Below are positions 19,641 to 28,806 of a DNA stretch of 64,000 nt, one piece after another. Every line of letters starts with the position of its first letter. The stretch's first letter is position 1. The DNA lies in contig JAPLFP010000365.1 in assembly GCA_026390585.1 (NCBI GenBank), positions 6,768-70,767 on the forward strand. The letters run 5' to 3'. Source of the stretch: Ignavibacteriales bacterium. GTDB lineage: Bacteria; Bacteroidota; Ignavibacteria; UBA10030. A model generated the notes under the pieces. That model saw nothing but the letters and a program-made list of their open reading frames with translations. It made no database searches and was not told the DNA's origin. The position numbers and the translations under genes were made by a program.

Positions 19641-21467
19641 AATCGGTTAATACGTTTGATCTCGTTGTCGTCTTCACCTATTTCCTTATTATTATGGGCA
19701 TTGGCCTCTTCTTCATGCGCGTCAACAAGGGGGGTAAGGAATTCTTTACCGGGGGCAGCATGATTCCGTGGTGGATGTCCGGCATCTCTCTCTACATGGG
19801 AAACTTCAGCGCATGGTTATTCACCGGTGCTGCCGGCTTCGCCTATACCACCGGTTGGTTTACAACGCTTTATTTCGCGTCCAGCCCGATAGCGTATCTT
19901 ATCGGCTCCAGTCTTACAGCGGCGAAATGGCGCAGAACGCGGTCAATCTCTCCACTCGAATACACTGTGACGCGTTTCAATATTACGACGCAACAATTCA
20001 TGAGCTGGGTAATCGCCACAAACTTCACGCTCTCTGCCGGAGTACAACTGGCGTCGACCTGTAAATTGTTTGCGCCCATTATCGGCATCGACCTGACGGC
20101 CATCGTGCTCCTGATCGGCTTCATTGTGATGCTTCATAATTTTCTGGGCGGACTCTGGGGTGACATGGCGATGGATGTTGTTCAGGGAGTGATCCTCGTG
20201 GCAATTACCTTTATCGTAATGCCCCTGAGCCTGAATCTTATCGGCGGTGTCGGGAATCTTGTCGACAAGTTGCCCGCACTGTCGTTCGATCACACCTACA
20301 ACAACGTGCACTACACAGAACACTGGCTCCTGTCGATCCTTGTTATTTCGTCGATAGGATTTGCTGCCGGTGGGGCGCAGAGATTCTACTCGGTCAAGGA
20401 CGAAAAGAGCGCCAAACGTGTCGGTAAGATGGCGGCAGCGCTTGCCCTCTGTACGCCGCTGGTCTTTGGAATTCCCCCGTTGGTCGCTAAAATCTATTGG
20501 CCAGATCTGAGTCAGGTTGAGTTTTTCAAGCCGTATCTTGCCACGAACCCGCAAGACCTCGTCATGGTCGGTCTTGTGATGAAGCTTCTTCCTCACGGAT
20601 TGATCGGCATTTTCATTGCGGCAATGCTGGCGGCGACAATGACGACTCTGAGCACGGTCTACAATATGGTCTCCTCCATCGTTTCGCACGACATCTACAA
20701 AGGCGTGTTCCGACCAAACCTTACAGATAAGCAGTTGCTAAAGGCCGGTCGAATCACCGCAATGACCATCGGTATCATTGTGATGATGCTGGCGGTCTTC
20801 TTCGTCAAGAGCAAATTTGGAATTTTCAATCTCATGCAGGTATTTTTCACGCTGTTCTATATTCCGGTAACGGTACCGCTTGCGTTCGGGGGATATCGGT
20901 CCGCAGGTGTATTTGGCATTCGCTATGACATTCGGGATCTTCAGCACGTCGCATTGGACAGGAAGATTGTATCGTGAGAACAAAACCGCCCTTGCGTCCA
21001 TCGCGGCATTCATTTCGATCGCAACGGCAGTTCTCTTCTACTATACGCCCGTTGGGCAGATTGAGGACTGGCAGATGGTTCTTTCGTTCGTGAGCGCTGT
21101 TGCTTTGGGTGCGAGCCTCTATGGCTTTGCGAGATTGTTCGCAATGGAGAAAGAAGAGGAGAGGACAGTCATTGGGAATTTCTTTAAGAAGATTGATACG
21201 CCGATCGACGTGGCGAAAGAGGTCTATGCTGGCGGGCGACGGCAAGTGTCAACAATGCCTCTCGTCGGCCGGACGGTTATCTTCCTTGGCATTCTTGTTT
21301 CGATGTCGTACTTCACCAAACTTGAGGATCTTGAGGTCGTCGCAGTGACCGCCATGGTGGCGATCTTGTTGACTTTTGGTGGGACACTCTGGATTCTCGG
21401 AAAGCGCGCAGACCGAAAAGAAGAACAAGAACTAGCAAGGCTTGCTCAGTCCACAGAAGGCACCTGA
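19637..21467 (+). pseudogene. Sodium:solute symporter (SSS) split by a frameshift near 20888-20892
   Basis: SSS motifs EFFTGG..IPWW..GISLY, AQRFYS, AAMLAATM.T.S. Membrane-protein sequence continues in another frame (GPQVYLAF...) after a G5 run. Confidence 0.8.
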
Positions 21468-21514
21468 TACAACGGCGGAAACGGCAACCGTGGAGAATTC
21501 ATGACAGAGGTCAT

Positions 21515-22795
21515 ATGAAGATTCATCTGGCATATGGAAAAGAAGGACTTGAGGTGGAGGTGCCGGAGAAGAATCTGGCCAAGATCCTGACGATGAAATC
21601 AACACCACCGCTTCCTGCTCCGCCGGTTGCGGTCAAAGACTCGCTGCTTCATCCGATAGGCTGCCCACCGCTTGGGGAGATTGCCCGTGGAAGGAAAAGG
21701 GTCTGCATTGTTGTGTGCGACTTCACTCGGCCCGTGCCGAACAAAATACTCTTGCCGCCAATGCTCGATCTCCTTGAGATGAGCGGTGTCGAGAAGCAGA
21801 ACATCACGATACTTGTCGCAACGGGGCTTCATCGACCGAGCACGCCGGTTGAGCTGGACATGATGTTCGGTGCGGACATTCAGCACCGCTACACTATTGT
21901 TGATCATCGAGCATCGGTTCTTGAGGAACAGCGATTTGTTGGTCGGACCAGAAGAAACACGCCGGTCTTTATTGACGAGCGGTATTGTTCGGCAGATCTT
22001 AAGATCACCGTCGGGTTCATTGAACCCCACCTGATGGCAGGATTCTCTGGCGCGCGCAAAATTGTCGCAATTGGATGTGCTGGAGAAAAAACCATCAAAA
22101 CATTACACAGCCCTGCGTTTCTGGATGAGCCATTGTGTTGCGAGGGATCGGTTGACAAGAATCCGCTGCACCACGAATTGCTGGAAATCGCCCACATGGC
22201 AGGACACGATTTCACCATCGACGTCGCTCTTGATGCGAACAAAGCAATCACGGGAGTGTTCGCGGGCCATCCGCAACTCGCTCATGCGGCGGGAATTGAG
22301 GCCGTGCGAAGGTCTGTGGGGGCGACACTGCCAGAACCTGCCGACATTGTACTTACGACGTGTGCCGGGTTTCCGTTGGATTTGACGTATTATCAGGCGA
22401 TCAAGGGAATGACCGCAGCGCTTCCTGTTTTGAAAAAGGGGGGTGTGCTCATTCTCGCAGCAGAATGTGCAGAAGGATTGGGGAGCGAGCGGTTTGTTTC
22501 AATGGCGACCCGTTTTCGTACGGCGGAAGAATTTGAACAATGGATTCACACCCATCCTGTCGAGGTCGATCAATGGCAACTTCAGGAGTGTGCGAAGGCT
22601 ACGCAGCGCGGGGAGGTGGTGGTGGTGTCCAGCGGTATTCGGCCCGAGCAACAAAAGAAGCTGTTCGTCCAGACGGCGGCCAGTGTTGAAGAAGCTTTGC
22701 AGCGCGCGCTGCACATCATCGGTCCAAACGCATCCATTGCTGTTATTCCCAAAGGCCCATATACACTCGTTGACGTTGATACCGGTGCCCTGTAG
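21515..22795 (+). CDS. larA: Nickel-pincer-dependent lactate racemase family protein
   Basis: CDFTRP, ATGLHR, EPHLMAGFSGARK, TLH and YQAIKG match the LarA catalytic residues. Confidence 0.88.
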   Translation: MKIHLAYGKEGLEVEVPEKNLAKILTMKSTPPLPAPPVAVKDSLLHPIGCPPLGEIARGRKRVCIVVCDFTRPVPNKILLPPMLDLLEMSGVEKQNITILVATGLHRPSTPVELDMMFGADIQHRYTIVDHRASVLEEQRFVGRTRRNTPVFIDERYCSADLKITVGFIEPHLMAGFSGARKIVAIGCAGEKTIKTLHSPAFLDEPLCCEGSVDKNPLHHELLEIAHMAGHDFTIDVALDANKAITGVFAGHPQLAHAAGIEAVRRSVGATLPEPADIVLTTCAGFPLDLTYYQAIKGMTAALPVLKKGGVLILAAECAEGLGSERFVSMATRFRTAEEFEQWIHTHPVEVDQWQLQECAKATQRGEVVVVSSGIRPEQQKKLFVQTAASVEEALQRALHIIGPNASIAVIPKGPYTLVDVDTGAL

Positions 22796-22826
22796 CATGT
22801 ACCGGCGGGGCTTTCAAAAATAAGAA

Positions 22827-22860
22827 ACCAGCAACACCCTTCCAACTCACCAGCAACACC
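22827..22860. repeat. 12-bp direct repeat with 22-bp period (possible regulator site)
   Basis: ACCAGCAACACC at 22827-22838 and 22849-22860. Confidence 0.6.
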
Positions 22861-22888
22861 GAACAGAGCGGTGAGAGAGCCGCAATTC

Positions 22889-22917
22889 TTGACATCCGAT
22901 TCATTAACCGTTATACT
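22889..22917 (+). promoter_or_regulatory. Sigma70-type promoter upstream of the IclR gene
   Basis: TTGACA (22889-22894), 17-nt spacer, TATACT (22912-22917), in an AT-rich intergenic region. Confidence 0.8.
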
Positions 22918-22964
22918 CAGTTATACCTTAATTAAACGTCATTCAATTAGCAAAACAATACCCT

Positions 22965-23753
22965 ATGGCACTCAACTATACGGTACCCGCTGTCGATCGT
23001 GCGATCAGGGTCCTCGAACTTCTTTCCGTCGCACCGCACGGTATGTCACTCGCACAACTGGCTTCACAAACAAAAGTCCCCAAGAGCACCATGTTCCGCA
23101 TTCTCCACACGCTTCATCAGCATCAGATCATTCTGGAAGATAACGAACGCAAGCTATTTACCCTTGGCATGAAGGTTCTTGGGTGGGGAAACGCAGCGCT
23201 GGAGCGGATCGACTACAAAGCGATCGCGCATCCGCATCTCGTAAAACTCGCGGAGGAAACCCGTGAGAGCTTCTACCTAGCTCTGCTGGATCACGACGAA
23301 GTTATCCTGGTTGACCGCGTAGACACGCCGGAAGTGTGGAAGATGGTAACGCGGCTCGGTCAGCGTTCGCCATTTCACTGCACGGCGACCGGCCTGGTCA
23401 TTGCCGCCGCTATGAGCGACGACGCAATTGATGAAATGATCGTTCGTCACGGACTCAGGAAGTTCACGCCGAAAACCATCACGAACATTGTGCGACTCAA
23501 GCGTCGGTTAAAAGAGGTCGTTCAACTCGGCTACGCTGTGGCCGATGGAGAATACAAGCCCGACCTTTGCGCGGTGGCCGTCCCGATCTGGGACCATTCC
23601 GGCGCTGTCGTGGCATCGCTGATGACCGCCATTCCGTCTGCTCGCAGCCACAAGGACAAAAAGCTTGTTGGCAATCTCATTTCGGTTCTGAAACGTGAGG
23701 CAGCCCAGATTTCAAAGCGAGTCGGATATGAGAAAGTGTCGTTCGGCAACTGA
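22965..23753 (+). CDS. IclR-family transcriptional regulator
   Basis: VPAVDRAIRVLE HTH start, PKSTMFRIL, HCTATG, GYAV.DGEY...L.AVAVPI. Confidence 0.92.
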   Translation: MALNYTVPAVDRAIRVLELLSVAPHGMSLAQLASQTKVPKSTMFRILHTLHQHQIILEDNERKLFTLGMKVLGWGNAALERIDYKAIAHPHLVKLAEETRESFYLALLDHDEVILVDRVDTPEVWKMVTRLGQRSPFHCTATGLVIAAAMSDDAIDEMIVRHGLRKFTPKTITNIVRLKRRLKEVVQLGYAVADGEYKPDLCAVAVPIWDHSGAVVASLMTAIPSARSHKDKKLVGNLISVLKREAAQISKRVGYEKVSFGN

Positions 23754-23790
23754 GATACCTCCCCGGCCACGAAAACAGTAAGGAAATCCT

Positions 23791-24618
23791 ATGCATCGTC
23801 TTGAATTTGGTATGGTGAGCGATGAAGTCTCGCCCGATTTCAATGAAGCTGCGCGATACTGCGCCGAGTGGGGCATCTCGATCTTCGAGCTGCGTGTTCT
23901 CAAAACCGGACGCATCCCAGCGGTTGAGCTGAGTGAACTGCGGGAAGTCCAGGCGATAGTGAAGAACAATGGGCTGAGGGTCACGGCGTTGTCGCCCGGA
24001 ATCTTCAAGTTGCCCCTATCGCAGACAGCGAAACTCGAAGAGGAACTTACAACCACGTTGCCCAAGACACTCGCTTTGGCACGCGAGTTTGGAGCATCAC
24101 TTGTCATAGTGTTCGGGTTTCAAAGAGAACAGAACGAAAAGCCTGAGATGTTCTCGCGGGCAGTGGATTTCATGTGTCGTGCCGCTGAGAAAGCGGGGAA
24201 GGAAGGAATAAGAATCATCATCGAAAATGAGCCTGGCTTCTGGTGTGATTCTGGCGTCAACACAGCGAAATTGATTCAGAAAGTGGACTCTCCGTACCTG
24301 AGAGCCAATTGGGATCCGTGCAACGGCTACGGCACGGCGGAGCGCCCCTTTCCGGAAGGGTATGAAGCGGTCAAGCAATACATTGCCAACGTGCACGTGA
24401 AAGACACAAAAGAAGGATCGTTGATTCGCTGCGTTCCCGTCGGTGAAGGTGCGGTGGACTGGAAGGGACAGCTCGCGGCTTTAGTGCGGGATCAACTGGT
24501 ACGACACGTAACAATCGAAACGCACTGCCTGCCGTTGGTGGAGAAATCGAAACAGAACGTGGAGACACTGAAAAACTATCTCGCTGAAATCTATCGCCAA
24601 CAGGAGACTGTAGTATGA
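23791..24618 (+). CDS. Sugar phosphate isomerase/epimerase (AP_endonuc_2, xylose-isomerase-like TIM barrel)
   Basis: IENE, WDPCN, HVKD, VPVGEGAVDW, TIETH metal-binding motifs. Confidence 0.85.
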   Translation: MHRLEFGMVSDEVSPDFNEAARYCAEWGISIFELRVLKTGRIPAVELSELREVQAIVKNNGLRVTALSPGIFKLPLSQTAKLEEELTTTLPKTLALAREFGASLVIVFGFQREQNEKPEMFSRAVDFMCRAAEKAGKEGIRIIIENEPGFWCDSGVNTAKLIQKVDSPYLRANWDPCNGYGTAERPFPEGYEAVKQYIANVHVKDTKEGSLIRCVPVGEGAVDWKGQLAALVRDQLVRHVTIETHCLPLVEKSKQNVETLKNYLAEIYRQQETVV

Positions 24619-26598
24619 GCCTTGAACGACGAGACTTCTTGAAATATGTCGGCGTAGGAGCCATTGCGACAACCATCCGTCCTCACCTCGATTCCCCGCA
24701 GGATGCCCCTCTTGTGAACGAACAGAATATCCATCCGGATTTTCGTTCGAACAACCCAGGGTTAGAATATTACATACTTGGTAACGGCCTGATCCTCACG
24801 GCCCTTCAGGTTTCGCCGAAGCCCGAGTCCGGCACGCATTGTGGACTGCTCGTAAGTTCCTCGGAACACTTTTGTCGAAAACTCAGCACGTACCTTTTTC
24901 ATCCCGAGCGTGGACTTCAGAACACGCGATTCACTGTCAATATCGATGGAAAAGGATACAGTCCGGAGTATGACAAGACCAGCATCCGGTGGGAATATCC
25001 CGACAACGTACCGACTATTGTCGTAGAGTGGACTGCGGGGGAATGCGCTATTCGAGAAGAACTGTTGTGTCCCATCAATGACTCTGCTCTCGTTCGGACA
25101 GTGACGGTACAAAACAAGTCATCCGTTGCCGTGAAAGTGACCGGCACAATCCTTCTTTATCCTAACCTCATGTTCTTCGACGAATATCATGTCGATCGTG
25201 AGAGAGGAACCCTGGCAGCAACAGGATATGCTGCGATGGAGTTGTTCTGCCTCAACGAAGCGACGCCGGGTGACAGGCACTTGAATGTTCTGTTCGGAGA
25301 AATCCCCGCCGGAGGCAAGAAAACCTCAACTGTCGTTCTGACAGTCAACCATCCGCGGGCGAAATTCGAAAAGAAGGGTCTGCCCGCGATGCTGAAGGAA
25401 AGCCAAAAGTACTGGAGCCAGCGTGCAACGTGTGAGACGAACCACGGCGGACTCAATCACCTTTTCCACAGTGCGGTGGCAGGGATCCGCTCGGCCGTGG
25501 CACATTCAGGGAAGATGGACGCGGGAATCTGGCAGTACAATTTCGAATGGGTGCGCGACCAGAGCATGATGGCGGCCGCAAGTTCTGTGTGCGGGCATTC
25601 CGACATCGCCGAGGCATCGCTGCTTCGAATGCTCGATCGTTCCATCGATGATGAGGGGCGGGCCCGGGACGCAAGCCGCCACAGGCCGCCGGAGACAATT
25701 GAGCTCGATCAAAACGGGGAATTTCTCTATGCAGTCTGGACGCACTGGGTGTGGACCGGCAACGATGCAATCATCAAACGGTATTGGCCGAAGATCAAAG
25801 CTGCTGCAAATTTTGTACTCCGACCTGAGTTTCTGAATCCTGCAACCGGGCTCGTAAAAAACTCCCGTGAATTCTGGGAGCGCGATACGGGGTTTGGGGT
25901 CAAAGAAGGATATGAGCACACCTATCAGGTATGGAACATCGTCGGCCTCGAACTTGCGGCGGATCTGGCGCATCATATGAAGGAACCAGCCAGTGCGCAA
26001 AAATGGGTGGAGGCTTCGAGGAAGATGAAGAACTCCTTTCTCAATCGCAATCAAAACACTCGAGTCGATGGAATTGTTGTGGAATCAACGATGGACAACA
26101 GGTGGATATGCCCGCTACAACGTGACATCGGAGCCTGATTCACCGGGATCGTGGCCATTTGCGACGATGTTCCTGGCCCGAGCATACTTCGAAGCGGGCA
26201 ATGACGAAAAGGTCTGGCGCGCGCTCAATTGGCTCTTGAACTGCCCCGGAGGCAAGGCTGGAGCGTGGTTCGAATGTCACGCTGACAGGCCTGTGCCGCC
26301 GTTGCCGCCACTGGGGATTGTGCCGTGGACATGGGCAGAATTGGCCGTTTTCTTTGTTCATCACCTCCTCGGCGTGCGCCCGAACAAGAACGAACTTGTG
26401 ATTCGGCCGAGGCTATTAAGTGGGCTCGACAAAGCAAGAGCATCATTGACTCTTCGCGGTCAGCGAATCGACCTGACTGTTACCCGCGCTGAGAAGGAAG
26501 CGCTGGCTATGGTGAACGGAAAACGGGTCCCACTGGTGAACGGTGAACTCAAGCTGGCGATTCCGGCGAAGGGGCAAACCATCGAAATGAAAATCTAG
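24615..26598 (+). pseudogene. Tat-exported GH15-like hydrolase disrupted by a frameshifting internal deletion at about 26046
   Basis: Leader ERRDFLK; YNFEWVRD, ELDQNG, EFWER. After SFLN the homology to the 10684 paralog resumes in another frame at AIKTLESM (26047), skipping about 69 residues. Confidence 0.85.
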
Positions 26599-26618
26599 AA
26601 GCACTGTCTGGGCGAACC

Positions 26619-27689
26619 ATGGCAATACTGTTTGGTAAGAACTATAGCCGCGGTGAATTGGAGCGACACATTGGTCACCTTTCGCAGATTGCAGGCGTGA
26701 GGTTGATGGAGTTGCAGGATGGACAGGAATCCTGTGTCCGCATCGCGGATGTCCGGAGTGGATCGGGATTGCGATTTCAGATTTCGCTCAATCGTGGAAT
26801 GGACATTTCTCTTGCTGAATACAAAGGGATGTCGCTGGCATGGCGCTCCCCGCAGGGGGATGTCCACCCAAGTTACTTTGATCCCAAAGGAATGGGGTGG
26901 TTGAAATCGTTCCCTGGAGGATTGATGACCGGATGCGGGTTGACGACTGCAGGGGCTCCCAGCATAGATGCCGGAGAAGAATTGGGGATCCACGGCCGCT
27001 TGTCGAATCTCCCGGCCTCCAACACTAAGGCAGAAACAGAATGGGCTGGAGATCGATGCGTGTTCAAGGTCAGTGGTGTCATCAGAGAAAATGTCATCTT
27101 CAAAGAGAACCTGGCCCTCTACAGGACAATCGAAGTTGAGCTCGGGAAATCAACTATTACTCTGCGTGATAAGGTTGTGAATGAAGGATTCCGCCGATCG
27201 CCACTGATGATGCTTTATCACATCAATTTAGGATGGCCGCTGCTTGATGAAGGATCTGATGTGCACTTGAATGCGCGATCAATGAAGCCAAGAGATGACG
27301 AGGCTGACAAAGGCGCCGCTTCAGCGATGAGGATACCGGCTCCAATTTCCGGGTACAAGGAACAGGTCTTCTACCATGACTTGATCGCAGACAGCGGCGG
27401 ATTCGCTTCGGCGGTACTCGCAAACAGGAAGCTCGGGCTGGGTCTGTTTGCCCGCTACAGGCAGAAGGAGCTGTTGAGGTTCATTCAGTGGAAAATGGTG
27501 GCGGAAGGAGAGTATGTCCTCGGGTTCGAGCCTGCGAATTGCCTGGTTGAGGGACGAGCCAAAGAACGCGGGCGAGAAACGCTGCAGTTTCTTGAGCCCG
27601 GAGAAACGCGTGAGTTTCTCGTTCACATCGGCGTTCTTGATGGCAACGCTGCGATTGATCAATTCGAAAGTGAGAACAACCTATCATGA
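26619..27689 (+). CDS. Aldose 1-epimerase-like protein (DUF4432-type)
   Basis: RGMDISLA.YKG..LAW, GL.TGCGL...G.P, HGRLSN, YHINLG.PLL, VLGFEP. Confidence 0.8.
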   Translation: MAILFGKNYSRGELERHIGHLSQIAGVRLMELQDGQESCVRIADVRSGSGLRFQISLNRGMDISLAEYKGMSLAWRSPQGDVHPSYFDPKGMGWLKSFPGGLMTGCGLTTAGAPSIDAGEELGIHGRLSNLPASNTKAETEWAGDRCVFKVSGVIRENVIFKENLALYRTIEVELGKSTITLRDKVVNEGFRRSPLMMLYHINLGWPLLDEGSDVHLNARSMKPRDDEADKGAASAMRIPAPISGYKEQVFYHDLIADSGGFASAVLANRKLGLGLFARYRQKELLRFIQWKMVAEGEYVLGFEPANCLVEGRAKERGRETLQFLEPGETREFLVHIGVLDGNAAIDQFESENNLS

Positions 27690-28702
27690 CAGAAAAGAAA
27701 GTGCGAATTGCACAAGCCGGCATTGCAAATCATGGCCGGACGATTGTGAACGCAACGCGTGATTCCGGAAATCTTCAGCTCGTCTCGTGCTTTGACATCA
27801 ACACGGCAGCGAACGAGCAAGTGGCGAAGGAGTTCGGAGCGACGGCGGCCGCGGGGTATGATCAACTCGTCAACGACCCGAACGTCGACGCAGTTTCGCT
27901 GGTGACCCCTAATCATCTTCACCTTTATCAAATCCAAAAAGCCGTCGAAGCGAAGAAGCATATCTTCGTGGATAAGCCGATCACGAACACCGTTAGAGAG
28001 GCGCGTGAGGCCATCGGGATGGCAGAACAAGCAGGCCTGATTCTGATGGTGGGCCACAACACTCGAAGACGCCAGGTGTTCCGTCGCGCGAAAGCGCTTC
28101 TGGCCGAGCAACGAATCGGCGAAATCGTGGCGGTTGAGGCAAATCTCTCCCGTCCTGCCGGCTTGCAGGCGGGACTCCCGGCGTGGAAAGCAGATCGGCG
28201 CACATGCGCCCTCCTGCCGATGATGCAGCTTGGAATCCATTTCGTCGATACCGTGGAATACCTGATCGGCCCCATCGAACGTATAAGCTGTTTTGCCGGC
28301 AACATCGCAATGCCCAACCGGGTCCTTGACTCGACAGCGGCAATTCTCCAGCTGAAATCGGGCATTCCCGTCTCCCTCACATCGTACTACGTCTCCGCTG
28401 ATGCGTATTTTCTCCGCATCTATGGTACACAAGGGACAATTCATTGCTTTCCACTGAAACTTCGTCTGGACCTTCTGCAGAATGGAGAACCGAAAGAGAC
28501 GATCGAGGAAGATTTCAGTTCAGAAGGAGCGGGTAGCTATATCCTGCAGATGCGGGAATTCGGGGACTGCGTTTTACGAGGAGTACAGCCAGAAACAGGA
28601 GGCGGCCAGGGCCTGAGAGCATTGGCGGTCATTGAGGCGATGGTGAAGTCTGTAGAGAATCATTCGGTTATTGAACTAAACGACATTCTGAAAGCGGAGT
28701 GA
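27686..28702 (+). CDS. Gfo/Idh/MocA-family oxidoreductase
   Basis: DAV.LVTPNHLH, HIFVDKP, VGHNTRR, GIHFVD. Confidence 0.9.
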   Translation: MTEKKVRIAQAGIANHGRTIVNATRDSGNLQLVSCFDINTAANEQVAKEFGATAAAGYDQLVNDPNVDAVSLVTPNHLHLYQIQKAVEAKKHIFVDKPITNTVREAREAIGMAEQAGLILMVGHNTRRRQVFRRAKALLAEQRIGEIVAVEANLSRPAGLQAGLPAWKADRRTCALLPMMQLGIHFVDTVEYLIGPIERISCFAGNIAMPNRVLDSTAAILQLKSGIPVSLTSYYVSADAYFLRIYGTQGTIHCFPLKLRLDLLQNGEPKETIEEDFSSEGAGSYILQMREFGDCVLRGVQPETGGGQGLRALAVIEAMVKSVENHSVIELNDILKAE

Positions 28703-28806
28703 CCATGAGACCATCTCGAAGGAAATTTCTCAATACGGCTGCGCTGACAATGGCGGGCGTTGCACTTGCCCCACGAAAGACATTTGCGGCGTACGTTCCA
28801 GACGAC
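28653..28806 (+). repeat. Copy 2 of the 154-nt repeat (oxidoreductase tail plus Tat leader)
   Basis: 129/154 identical to 5837-5990 by manual alignment. Confidence 0.9.
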
